Notes under the pieces: model-generated | Told to the model about the DNA's origin: nothing | Databases searched by the model: none | Seen by the model: the letters and a program-made list of their open reading frames with translations, nothing else | DNA from: an uncultured Candidatus Rokubacteria bacterium | GTDB taxonomy: Bacteria > Methylomirabilota > Methylomirabilia > Rokubacteriales > CSP1-6 | Direction of reading: 5' to 3' | Assembly (NCBI GenBank): GCA_963771355.1 | Contig: CAVYTA010000006.1 | Location: 224,001 to 288,000 of the forward strand | DNA: 64,000 bases | Shown: positions 31,537-41,584 of the stretch, piece after piece | Layout of the letters: the number at the start of each line of letters is the position of its first letter | How positions within the stretch are numbered: the stretch's first letter is position 1 | Program-made: the position numbers and the translations under genes

Positions 31537-32749
31537 TCCCGGCGAGCAGGGTGAAGAGCAGGCCGACCGAGGCCAGCGCGGCGACCGTCGGCGCATAGCC
31601 GATGCGCCCGATGAGCGCGCCGGAGGTCATCAGGCCCAGCGGCAGACCGTACACGGCGAGCATGCGCACGCCCATGACCCGCCCCCGGAAGCGGTCGCCC
31701 GCGACGGCCAGGAGCCAGGCGGCCATGGAGATCATCGTCACGCTCTGGACGAGGCCGGCGAGGAAGAGCGCGACCAGGCCGGCGCCGAGCGTCTCCACGA
31801 AGGCGAAGCCGAGCAAGACCGCATACCAGAAGGTCGCGTAGACGAGCATGGAGCGCTCGGGCCGGCGAGGCCCTCCCGTCGCCACCATGGTGATGGAGCC
31901 GAGGAGGGCGCCGAGCGAGAAGCTGGCGACCAGATAGCCGAGGCCGGTGGCGTCGACGCGGTAGACCTGCTTGGCGACATAGGGCAGGAGCCCGCCGGAG
32001 ATGGGATAGGCGGTGGAATTGAGGAGGAAGGCGAGCCACATGGGCCCGTGCAGCGCGGGCGTTCGCCAGACGTGCAGGAGGCCCTCCTTGACGTCGCCGA
32101 TCCGCGAGACCCCGGAGGCGGCGGACGCGGTGCCCTGGGCGGCGGCGCGCGGCATCGCCCCCGGGTCCGGCACGAAACGGCGGCGCGCCACGCCCAGGGT
32201 CAGCGCGCCGCTGGCAAGGTAGAGCCCGGTGACCAGGACATAGGCGGGTCCGATGCCGAGGGCGGTGAAGAGTCCGGCGCCCACGAGCGCGCCCACCACG
32301 CGCGCCGAGTCCATGGTGGCGCGGGACAGGCCCAGCGCCCCCATCAAGTGCGGCGCGGGGATCGTCTCGCCCACGAGGATGTTTCGCAGCACCTGATCAT
32401 TGGGGCGGAGGATGCCGACCAGGGGGGCGACCGCGAATACCCAGGCGGGGGCCAGGTGCCCGGTCAGCGCGAGCAGCATCAGCAGCGCGGCGAGGCCGGC
32501 ATAGCTCGTGCGCATCGTGGTGAGCATGACCCGGGCTCCGAGCCGATCGCTCAGCGCGCCGAACATGGGCGCGGCGAGGGTGCCCAGGAAGTACAGCGAG
32601 CCGAAGATCGTGAGGAGCAGCACGGAGCCGGTCTGCACCAGCACGTACCACGAGAGGATGACCGTCTCCATCTCGAAGGCCAGCGAGGTGAGAAGGTCCG
32701 CCGGCCACTGGAAGCGGTAGCTGCGGACGCGGAACGGGGCCAGGATCAA
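31493..32749 (-). CDS. MFS transporter
   Basis: Multiple hydrophobic helices, GALSDRLG, FRGRVMG; TTG start uncertain. Confidence 0.85.
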   Translation of the reverse strand: MILAPFRVRSYRFQWPADLLTSLAFEMETVILSWYVLVQTGSVLLLTIFGSLYFLGTLAAPMFGALSDRLGARVMLTTMRTSYAGLAALLMLLALTGHLAPAWVFAVAPLVGILRPNDQVLRNILVGETIPAPHLMGALGLSRATMDSARVVGALVGAGLFTALGIGPAYVLVTGLYLASGALTLGVARRRFVPDPGAMPRAAAQGTASAASGVSRIGDVKEGLLHVWRTPALHGPMWLAFLLNSTAYPISGGLLPYVAKQVYRVDATGLGYLVASFSLGALLGSITMVATGGPRRPERSMLVYATFWYAVLLGFAFVETLGAGLVALFLAGLVQSVTMISMAAWLLAVAGDRFRGRVMGVRMLAVYGLPLGLMTSGALIGRIGYAPTVAALASVGLLFTLLAGITWRASLWHRMTAR

Positions 32750-32837
32750 GGGACGTCGGTGTCCTCGCGGGGCATTCTAGCAACTGGTTGCGGCGCCGGC
32801 TCGGTTGGAGTAGAAGCCTCTAGAGGGAGGACCGGCC

Positions 32838-33470
32838 ATGGCCAAGGGGACGCTGATTGCCGCGATGAACTTCGCGAACGCCGCGGAGGACGAGTTCCAC
32901 GACTGGTACGACACCGAGCATCTGCCCGAGCGGCAGCGGGTGCCGGGGTTCCTGGTCTGCGAGCGCTGGATCGGGGTGGGCGAAGGCAAGATCTCGCTGG
33001 CCACCTACGATCTGGAGCAAGTCGCGGTCATGAAGAGTCCGGCCTATCTCGCGGTGGCCCATGACAATCTCTCCCCCTGGTCCAAGCGCGTCACCGCGCG
33101 CATCGAGCTCCTGATGCGCTTCGAGGGGGATCAGATCCTGCCCGGCGATCAGCTGCCGCCCCGGCCGGCGGGCGGGCTCCTGCTCAACGCCATGAACATC
33201 GCGCCCGAGCTCGAGGCCGAGTTCAACGAGTGGTACGACAAGGAGCATATCCCGGCGCTGGCCGCCGTCCCCGGCGTCCTGGCCGCCCGCCGGTTCCGGG
33301 GCGTGGTCGGCAACCGCAAGTACGTGGCCCTCTATCACCTCACCACCCCGGATGTGGTGGAATCCCCGGAGTGGAAAGAGGCGCGGCAGAGTGACTGGAC
33401 CACCCGCCTCACCCCGCATTTCCGCGATCACCTGCGCCTGGTCACCCGCCGCTACGTGCGCGGCGGCTAG
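32838..33470 (+). CDS. Tandem dimeric alpha-beta barrel (DUF4286/EthD-like) protein
   Basis: Two copies of EFxxWYDxEH(L/I)P...VPG. Confidence 0.75.
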   Translation: MAKGTLIAAMNFANAAEDEFHDWYDTEHLPERQRVPGFLVCERWIGVGEGKISLATYDLEQVAVMKSPAYLAVAHDNLSPWSKRVTARIELLMRFEGDQILPGDQLPPRPAGGLLLNAMNIAPELEAEFNEWYDKEHIPALAAVPGVLAARRFRGVVGNRKYVALYHLTTPDVVESPEWKEARQSDWTTRLTPHFRDHLRLVTRRYVRGG

Positions 33471-33481
33471 GGGAGCCCGCG

Positions 33482-33988
33482 ATGGAGTTCCAGCTGCGGA
33501 AGATCGGGCATGTCGTGCTGAATGTGACCGATCTGGAGACGTCGCTGCGCTTTTACACCGAGGTGCTGGGCCTCCAGGTCAGCGATCGCTACCCGGACAC
33601 CATGGTGCCGGGCGGCATGATCTTTCTCCGCTGCAACACCGACCACCACGGCGTGGCCCTCGTCGGCGGGGCCGCGATGAGCGAGCGCAGCAGCCTCAAT
33701 CACTTCGCCTTCGAGGTAGGCTCGGTGGACGAGGTGTTCCGCGCGCGGGCCTGGCTGCGGAAGCACGACGTGCCCATCGTCTTCGAGGGCCGCCGGCGTG
33801 CTGGGTGCCAGATTGCCCTGGAATTCCGGGACCCTGACGGCAACAACCTCGAGATCTACTGGAATATCGACCAGATCGGGACCGAGGGGACGGCGCGCCC
33901 CGCGGCCGAGTGGCGCCAGGCCAAGACCCTGGAGGATGCGGTCGCCAATCCCGTGAAGGGCCAGCAGCTTCCCACCCGGATCGCCTGA
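33482..33988 (+). CDS. VOC/glyoxalase family protein
   Basis: IGHVVLNV, LNHFAFEV, FRDPDGNNLE. Confidence 0.88.
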   Translation: MEFQLRKIGHVVLNVTDLETSLRFYTEVLGLQVSDRYPDTMVPGGMIFLRCNTDHHGVALVGGAAMSERSSLNHFAFEVGSVDEVFRARAWLRKHDVPIVFEGRRRAGCQIALEFRDPDGNNLEIYWNIDQIGTEGTARPAAEWRQAKTLEDAVANPVKGQQLPTRIA

Positions 33989-34004
33989 GCGGAGACCTCC
34001 AGCC

Positions 34005-35192
34005 ATGGTCGAGAATCGCTCCCTGCCGCTCGCCCGCTACACGGTGCTCGACCTCACGCGCGCGCGCGCGGGCCCCACCTGCGTGCGCCAGCTCGTGGAC
34101 TGGGGAGCGCGCGCCATCAAGATCGAGATGCCGGGCGGCCGCTCGGGCGACGGCATGGGCGGTAACCGCCACGGCTTCGACTTCCAGAATCTCCACCGCG
34201 GCAAGCAGGCGCTGACACTCAACCTCCGCGAGCCGGAGGGCGTGGCGGTCTTCAAGAAGCTGGTGAAGGCCGCCGACGTCGTGGTGGAAAACTACCGGCC
34301 CGACGTGAAGCGGCGCCTCGGCATCGACTACGAGAGCTTGCGTCCGCTCAACCCCCGGCTGATCTATGGGAGCATCTCGGGCTTCGGGCAGAGCGGGCCG
34401 TATCGCGACCGGCCGGGCGTGGACCAGATCGCGCAGGGGATGGGCGGGCTCATGTCCATCACCGGGATCCCGGGGCAGGGGCCCGTGCGCGTGGGCATTC
34501 CCATCGCCGATCTCTGCTCGGGCATCCTGCTCGCCCAGGGCATCCTGGTGGCGCTGATCGAGCGGGAGACCACCGGCGAGGGGAAATGGGTGCACACCTC
34601 GCTGCTGGAGGCCATGCTCTCCATGCTGGACTTCCAGGCCTCCCGCTGGCTGATGAGCGGCGAGGTGCCGCCCCAGGCGGGCAATAACCATCCCACCGGC
34701 ATTCCCACCGGCGTCTTCGAGACGCGCGACGGCCACATCAATATCGCCGCCGCCGGCGACGAGATCTACGAGCGGTTCTGCAAGGCCATCGAGCGCCCGG
34801 ATCTCCTCTCCGATCCGCGCTTCGCCACGTCGCGCGCCCGCTCGGACCATCGGGACACTCTCATGGAGGTGCTCATGCCGGTGACCCGGCAGAAGGCAAG
34901 CGCCGACTGGGTGGCCCTCCTCAACAAGGCGGGCGTCCCGTGCGGGCCGATCTACCGGATCGACGAGGCGTTCGCCGATCCGCAGGTACGCCATCTCGAG
35001 ATGGCCCAGCCCGTCCACTCGCCGGCGCTGGGCGATCTCACCATCCTCGGTCACCCCGTCTCGCATGGAGCCAAGCGCCTGCCCATCATGGGTCCGGCGC
35101 CCGAGCTGGGGCAGGACAACGAGGACATCCTCACCGCGCTCGGCTATACCAAGGACCAGATCGCCGACCTCGCCCACCGCGGCATCGTCTGA
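34005..35192 (+). CDS. Family III CoA-transferase (CaiB/BaiF)
   Basis: VLDLTRARAGP, ADVVVENYRP, SISGFGQSGP, DQIAQGMGG. Confidence 0.93.
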   Translation: MVENRSLPLARYTVLDLTRARAGPTCVRQLVDWGARAIKIEMPGGRSGDGMGGNRHGFDFQNLHRGKQALTLNLREPEGVAVFKKLVKAADVVVENYRPDVKRRLGIDYESLRPLNPRLIYGSISGFGQSGPYRDRPGVDQIAQGMGGLMSITGIPGQGPVRVGIPIADLCSGILLAQGILVALIERETTGEGKWVHTSLLEAMLSMLDFQASRWLMSGEVPPQAGNNHPTGIPTGVFETRDGHINIAAAGDEIYERFCKAIERPDLLSDPRFATSRARSDHRDTLMEVLMPVTRQKASADWVALLNKAGVPCGPIYRIDEAFADPQVRHLEMAQPVHSPALGDLTILGHPVSHGAKRLPIMGPAPELGQDNEDILTALGYTKDQIADLAHRGIV

Positions 35193-35211
35193 CGAGAGGA
35201 CTCCGACCCCC

Positions 35212-36222
35212 ATGCCCGATCAGCCCTACCAGGTGTATGTCGTCCAGGGACGCGGCGCCCGCGACTACTCGGACTGCCAGGCCGCGCTGGCCGAGGTGCC
35301 CGCCCACATGACCGCGCTGCCTTTCATCGGCACCGAGGACGAGATGATTTCCCGTACCCGGGATGCCGACGCGCTGGTGATCTCGTCCTCACCGGTCACC
35401 CGCGGCGTGATGGGGGCGCTGGAGGGGCTCAAGGTGGTGGCGCGCACGGGGGTGGGCTATGACGTCATCGACGTGCCCGCGGCCACCGAGCTGGGGGTGA
35501 TCGTCGTCAACATCCCCGACATCTGGGTCCGCGAGGTCGCCAATCACGCGCTCGCCCTGATGCTGGCCTGGAACCGGAAGATCGTCACGCTGGACCGGCA
35601 GGTGCATGCCGGCGTCTGGTCCGCGGGGGTGCCCGGCGAGCGCACCGGCTCCCTGCACGGCGAGACGGTCGGCATCGTGGGCCTGGGCAATATCGGCAGC
35701 GCCTTCGCCCGGCGCGTGGCCGCCTTCGAGACGAAAGTGATCGCGCACGATCCCTACGTGGACGACGCGCGCTTCGCCGCGCTGGGCGTGGAGCGGGTGA
35801 CGCTCGAGGCGCTGGCCGAGCGCGCCGACTATGTCTCGGTGCACACGCTCCTCAACGCCGAGACCCATCACCTCATCGGCGAGGCTTTCTTCCGCCGCAT
35901 GAAGCCGACGGCCATTCTCATCAATACTTCGCGCGGCCCGGTGGTGGACGAGGCGGCCCTGGCGAAGGCGCTCGCCGAGAAGCGGCTGGCCGGCGCCGCG
36001 CTGGACGTGTGGGAGCGGGAGCCGGTGGCCGCCGACAACCCGCTCCTGCGGATGGACAATGTCCTCGCCACGCCGCACGCCGCCTACTTCTCGTCGCCGG
36101 CGGTGGCCCAGGTGCCGCGGCGGTGCGGGGAAGAGGTGGCGCGCGCGCTCCGCGGTCAGCGGCCCGTCAACGTGGTGAACCCGGAGGTCTACGCGCCAGG
36201 GGCGGTGCGCCGCGCCCGCTGA
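35212..36222 (+). CDS. D-2-hydroxyacid dehydrogenase family protein
   Basis: GVGYD, GLGNIG, NTSRGPVVDE, TPHAA. Confidence 0.92.
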   Translation: MPDQPYQVYVVQGRGARDYSDCQAALAEVPAHMTALPFIGTEDEMISRTRDADALVISSSPVTRGVMGALEGLKVVARTGVGYDVIDVPAATELGVIVVNIPDIWVREVANHALALMLAWNRKIVTLDRQVHAGVWSAGVPGERTGSLHGETVGIVGLGNIGSAFARRVAAFETKVIAHDPYVDDARFAALGVERVTLEALAERADYVSVHTLLNAETHHLIGEAFFRRMKPTAILINTSRGPVVDEAALAKALAEKRLAGAALDVWEREPVAADNPLLRMDNVLATPHAAYFSSPAVAQVPRRCGEEVARALRGQRPVNVVNPEVYAPGAVRRAR

Positions 36223-36223
36223 G

Positions 36224-36682
36224 TCAGCGCGTCCCCGCCGGCGTGGACGTGGCGGGGCCCATGCCCCAGACCTGGATCACCGTCTCCTCGTCCTTGGCGC
36301 CGTCGTAGTGCACCTTGCCCCCGTAGTGGATGACGTAGCTCCCCGCCGGCGCGGGCACGGTGCTCGCGGGGTCGAAGGTCTCGCCGGTGCCCATCCACCA
36401 GGTCCCCGAAATCACCACGAAGAAGCGGTCGTTGGGGTGGAAGTGCGGCCGGCTCATATTGCCGGGCAGCCACTTGAGGCGCACCACATAAGGCCCGGGC
36501 TTGCTGGGGTCGCCGAACAGCACCGCCTGCTCATTGGTGCCCGCCGCGTTGCGCACCCACTTGATCTCGGCCGGCGTCTTGAAGTCCACCGCGGAGCGGT
36601 CGAGATCGGCCCCGTACGCGGCTGGGCCCAGGGGCAAGAGGGCGAGAGCGACGAGGAAGAGTAGCCGGGTCGGGACGTTCAT
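36224..36682 (-). CDS. Secreted cupin-domain protein
   Basis: Signal peptide, GDPSKPGPYVVR, PHFHP, HYDGA. Confidence 0.85.
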   Translation of the reverse strand: MNVPTRLLFLVALALLPLGPAAYGADLDRSAVDFKTPAEIKWVRNAAGTNEQAVLFGDPSKPGPYVVRLKWLPGNMSRPHFHPNDRFFVVISGTWWMGTGETFDPASTVPAPAGSYVIHYGGKVHYDGAKDEETVIQVWGMGPATSTPAGTR

Positions 36683-36753
36683 GAGCTCTCCTTTTATGTT
36701 ACGCTGCGCGCGCTCGCCGGAGATCCGGCCACTCCATATCATGAGGTGAGATC

Positions 36754-37521
36754 GTGCGACCGAACAAGATGAAGCAGATCTGGCGCGAGGGACGGTGGAT
36801 CAGCATGGGCTGGCTCTCGATCTCCCACGGCTTCACCGCGGAGATCATGGCCCGCCAGGGCTTCGACGCCCTGGTGGTGGACATGCAGCACGGGCTCACC
36901 GACATGAACGATGTGTGGCCCATGCTCCAGGCGATCTCGCAGACCGACACCGTGCCGGTGGTGCGCGTGCCGTGGAACGACCCGGCCACCATCATGAAGG
37001 CGCTGGACTTCGGCGCCTACGGCATCCTCGTGCCGCTGATCAATACCGCCGAGGACGCGGCGAAGGCGGTGGCCGCGTGCCGCTATCCGCCGGTGGGCAT
37101 GCGCTCCTCCGGACCGGTGCGCGCCGTGCACTACGGGGGTCCCGACTACCTGGCCAAGGCCAATGACGAGATCGTGGTCATGGGGATGATCGAGACCAAG
37201 GAAGGCCTCGCCAACCTGGACGCGATCTGCGCCACCCCCGGCCTCGACGCTGTCTACATCGGCCCGTCCGACCTGGCCTTCGCGCTCGGCATGAATCCGC
37301 GCCCCGACAACCCCGACCCGGTGCACATGGCGACCTGCGACAAGATTCGCGACGCGGCCCACAAGCACGGCATCAAGGTTTGCATGCACTGCGCCAGCGG
37401 TACCTTCGCGGCGGGGGCGGTGAAGCGCGGCTACGACCTCGTCATGGTGACCTCGGAGCTGGCGTCCATGATGGCGGGCGTGCGCCGCCACCTGGACGAC
37501 CTCAAGGCGGGGACGACCTAG
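36754..37521 (+). CDS. HpcH/HpaI aldolase family protein
   Basis: VDMQHG, VRVP, MIETKEG, IGPSDL. Confidence 0.9.
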   Translation: MRPNKMKQIWREGRWISMGWLSISHGFTAEIMARQGFDALVVDMQHGLTDMNDVWPMLQAISQTDTVPVVRVPWNDPATIMKALDFGAYGILVPLINTAEDAAKAVAACRYPPVGMRSSGPVRAVHYGGPDYLAKANDEIVVMGMIETKEGLANLDAICATPGLDAVYIGPSDLAFALGMNPRPDNPDPVHMATCDKIRDAAHKHGIKVCMHCASGTFAAGAVKRGYDLVMVTSELASMMAGVRRHLDDLKAGTT

Positions 37522-37531
37522 GGCGTGGCCC

Positions 37532-40500
37532 TCACGGCCGCCGATATCGCCAGAGGTCGCTGATGCCCCCCGAGGAGGTCCCCGGGACGCCGTAACTGGA
37601 GCGCGAGCTCAACCCCACGCAGTAGACGGAATCGGGGTCACACGCGAAGGTCCACCAGGCGAGGTTCGGAGCCCCCGGCATGGCCAGCCAGGCCCAGGTG
37701 CCCCCGTCATCATCGTTCTGAATCCAGGCGCCGGTGGCGAGCATGAGCCACGTCTGACCCGGCAGCCGCGTGACGAGGCGGGCGCGCGTATCGTCCGTGG
37801 CAAACACCTGGTCGTATTGCGGCGTCCCGGGCACCCAGGATTGGTCCCAGACGGGCGGCGCTTCCGAGTCCAAGTTGAAGCGCCAGATGCGGTTCCGGGG
37901 ATTGCTCGTGGTGGTCGAGCTCGGCGTGACCACGAGAATGGCCTCACGCCGCTCCTTCGCGTACATCGCGGTGATGAGGTTATAGGCCCAGTTCCAGTTC
38001 AGTGTCGACGGCCAGGCCCGGACGAACCGCTTCACGATGACGGCGCCGCTGGCGTCGAAGCGGTACTCGTAGATCCCGCGCGCGGCTCCGTTGCCCGAAG
38101 TGCTGACGAAGAGCCATACGCTATCGCGCACGTCGTCGAAGATGATCCCGCCGGCCGAGCCCCAGACCACTTCGGACACGTCCTTATTGGTCCCCGCGAG
38201 GATGGTCCACTCCCCTTCGGGCTTTCCAGCCGTCGGGAAGGTGTACGCCTGGAGTCCATTGCCGTTGATCACGAGATAGCGGCCCCGGATGGAGTCCCAG
38301 GCGTGGTTCATGTACATGTGCTGAACCCACGGCTTGCCGGTGGGTGATAGCCCCCCCGTCATCACCGCGCCGCCTCTGATACCGCGCCAGATCGAGTTGG
38401 GCGTCCCGTCCGGGTTGTAGGCGGGCGGGCATTCGGCGACGAAGGGGTAGGTCCGCGCGGCGTTCACATAGTCGATGGTCTGGAGATCATTGCCCGGGTG
38501 CCCGGCGTGGCCGCCGCCCATCACCAGGAGGTCGCCATTGGCGATCAGGACCCCGGAGTAGGACCGGAAGATCCCCGCCCCGTTTGTTTGGATCGGGCGC
38601 GGGCAGTTCGTGTAGGCGGCGCCCGGCTGGCCCTCGGTGAGGTTTTGGTCTCCGCCGAGGAGCGGCTGATAGATGTTCTGCGTGGGGAAGACGAGCTTCT
38701 GCCAGGTCCCCGGCGCTTGCTCCCCGGGGGGCGGGGGAGGCGCCGGGGTAACGGTGAGGGTGAGCCGACGGCTGACGCCGTCGGCGAGCAAGTCATAGTT
38801 GGTCGTGGTCGTCGGCGAGACCGTGAGTGCGCCGTCCACGGAGACCGTGGCGCCATTCAGCGTGACCGTCGTCGCGTTGGACGTTTGCCAGCTCAAGGTG
38901 GCTGATTGCCCCACCGCGATTGTCGTGGGCACGGCCGTGAAACTGTCGATGCTGGCAGCCGGCGGGGGGGAGGCGGCTGTGTCACGGTGAGGATGAGCCG
39001 AAGGCTGACGCCGTCGGCGAGCAAGTCATAGTTGGTCGTGGTCGCCGGCGCGACCGTGAGCGTGCCGTCCGCGGGGACGGTGGCCCCATTCAGCGTGACC
39101 GTCGTCGCGTTGGACGTTTCCCAGGTCAAGGTGGCCGATTGCCCCACCGTGATCGTCGGGGGTACGGCCGTGAAACGGTCGATGGTGACTGTCGGCGGCG
39201 GCGGCGGGGGAGGCGGCTGAGTCACGGTGAGGGTGAGCCGACGGCTGACGCCGTCGGCGAGCAAGTCATAGCTGGTCGTGGTCGCCGGCGCGACGGTGAG
39301 CGTGCCGTCCGCAGGCACCATGGCGCCATTCAGCGTGACTGTCGTCGCGTTGGACGTTTCCCAGGTCAAGGTGGCCGATTGCCCCACCGAGATCGTCGTG
39401 GGCACGACCGTGAAACTGTCGATGGTGACGGTCGGCGGCGGGGGCGGCGCGGTAACGGTGAGGGTGAGGCGGCGGCTCACGCCATCGGCGAGCAAGTCAT
39501 AGTCGGTGGTGATCGTCGGCGCGACGATGAGCGCCCCGTCCGCAGGGACGGTGACGCCATTCAGCGTGACCGCGGTCGCATTGGACGTCTCCCAGCTCAA
39601 GGTGGCCGATTGCCCGGCCGTGATCGTCGTGGGTATGGCCGTGAAGCTGTCGATGGTGACGGTCGGCGGCGGGGGCGGCTGGGTAACGGTGAGAGTGATG
39701 CGACCGCTTACGCTGTCGGCGAGCAAGTCATAGTCGGTGGTGGTCGTCGGCGCGACGATGAGCGCCCCGTCCGCAGGGACGGGGACGCCATTCAGCGTGA
39801 CCGCGGCCGCGTTGGACGTCTCCCAGGTCAAGGTGGCCGACTCCCCCGCCGTGATCGTCGTGGGCGTGGCCGTGAAACTGTCGATGGTGACGGTCGGCGG
39901 CGGGGGCGGCGGCTGGGTAACGGTGAGGGTGATGCGACCGCTGACGCCGTCGGCGAGCAATTCATAGTCGGTGGTGGCCGTCGGCGAGACGGTGAGTGTC
40001 CCGTCCGCGGGGACGGGGACGCCATTCAGCGTGACCGCGGCCGCGTTGGACGTCTGCCAGGTCAAGGTGGCCGATTCCCCCGCCGTGATCGTCGTGGGTA
40101 TGGCCGTGAAACTGTCGATGGTGACGGTCGGCGGCGGGGGCGGCGGGGGCTGGGTAACGGTGACGGTGACGCGACCGCTCACGCTGTCGGCGAGCAAGTC
40201 ATAGTCGGTGGTGGTCGTCGGCGCGACGGTGAGCGTGCCGTCTGCAGGGACCGGGACGCCGTTCAGCGTGACCGCGGCCGCGTTGGACGTTTCCCAGGTC
40301 AAGGTGGCCGATTCCCCCAGCGTGATCGTCGTGGGCGTGGCCGTGAAACGGTCGATACTGACGGTCCGCGGCGGGGATGAAGTGACCTGCAGGAATTCCT
40401 GTGGCGAGTACCCGTCCACGCCCGTGTCGTAGTTGATCTGCCACCAATGGAACCCCCCGACCAGCGCGCCGGTACCCCCGACGATCGTTCCCGTCGCGCC

Positions 40501-40668
40501 GCCGGGCTGCGTACCTACAGTCGAAGCGGAGTTCGGCGCGCTCCGCACCTTCAACTTCTTCGTATTGATCACCGTGACGCGCGCCCCGATCTCGAACCCC
40601 GTCTGCGCCCACGTGGGAGGGGCCAGGAGGAGCACCAGACTGAGCGCGAGCAGCCGCCGAGCACTCAC
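37532..40668 (-). CDS. Secreted repeat protein: SH3b-like domain, seven Thr-rich Ig-like repeats with poly-Pro linkers, and a C-terminal domain; one frameshift at about 38964-38970
   Basis: Signal peptide; the ORFs 38893-40668 and 37532-38932 join if one C is added to a C7 run; repeat 7 continues seamlessly in the second frame. Confidence 0.8.
38735..40365 (-). repeat. Seven tandem coding repeats of about 231-240 bp
   Basis: Unit TVTIDSFTAxPTTITxGxSATLTWETSNA..VTLNG..VPADGxLxVAP..TTxYDLLADxVS.R.TLTVT followed by a Pro run. Confidence 0.92.
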
Positions 40669-40953
40669 TCGATGGCGGCGACTGCCGCGTAGATCTCGCC
40701 CGCCGCTAAGGAGGCGAAGATCGGAGAATGTCGGACACCCTTACTTCCGTATTGCGACCCGATGGCAGCGTAGGCTGGCTTCGCAGCTCGTCTCCCGGCG
40801 TCACCCGGATGAAGCAGGGACACCGGTGCCAATGTGCAGGGATTGCTTGGCCACTTTGATTTGCCGGAGACTTTATCGCGGGCGTGGCCTGGACGTAAAG
40901 GAGATTCTCCAAGTATTCGATAAAGTGGACCTTATCGGCGAAAAACAAGGCGC

Positions 40954-41562
40954 TCACCTCGGCGGGCGAGGAAGGTGGGCGAAGAAGTGCGCCACGTCCT
41001 GCAGGTCGTCGTCGCTCAGTCGCTGCAGCTCGGTAGCCATGGCCCCGGCATAGCCGATCCGCGACCCGCTCTTGTACTCCCGCATCGCCTTGAGGAGATA
41101 GTCCTCGCGCTGGTTGGCGAGCCGCGGCATCTGCTCGCGGCCGGAGAAGTCCGGGTTGTGGCAGACGCCGCACGGGTGCTGGCGAGTGACCGCCTGCCCC
41201 CGCGCGAAGCGGGCGGCATCAGGGGGATCCGGCGGAGGAGCGGGGGAGGGTAAGCGGGAGATGTAGCCCGCGAAGGCGCGAAGGTCGTCGTTGGTGAGCC
41301 CCTTGGCGGCTTCGACCATGGGGGCGTTGTTGCGCCGGCCGTCGCGAAAGAGGAAGAGCTGGGCCACCACGAAGAACGAGGGCTGCCCTCCGAGGGAGGG
41401 CGTGTCCGGCAAGACCGACTGCCCGGCGGGGCCATGACAGGCGTGGCACAGCTTGACGCGCTCCTCGAGCGGCTGGGCCATCCCCGGGGCCGCCATCGCC
41501 ATCACGGCCAGCCCCAGCAGCGCCGCCGTCAGCGCCACCGCGCGGGACGAGGGCGGGATCAC
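40954..41562 (-). CDS. Diheme cytochrome c4/c553
   Basis: Signal peptide; CHACH and CGVCH; PRLANQREDYL. Confidence 0.9.
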   Translation of the reverse strand: MIPPSSRAVALTAALLGLAVMAMAAPGMAQPLEERVKLCHACHGPAGQSVLPDTPSLGGQPSFFVVAQLFLFRDGRRNNAPMVEAAKGLTNDDLRAFAGYISRLPSPAPPPDPPDAARFARGQAVTRQHPCGVCHNPDFSGREQMPRLANQREDYLLKAMREYKSGSRIGYAGAMATELQRLSDDDLQDVAHFFAHLPRPPR

Positions 41563-41584
41563 CGCCCTCGCCCCGCCTGGCGGA

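Noticed and set aside
38735..40365. CRISPR array or non-coding repeat
   Set aside because: Units are about 235 bp, in-frame and protein-coding, with no unique spacers and no cas genes
40810..40835. Sigma-54 promoter (TTGGCAC...TGC on the minus strand)
   Set aside because: GG-to-GC spacing is 13 nt rather than the required 10
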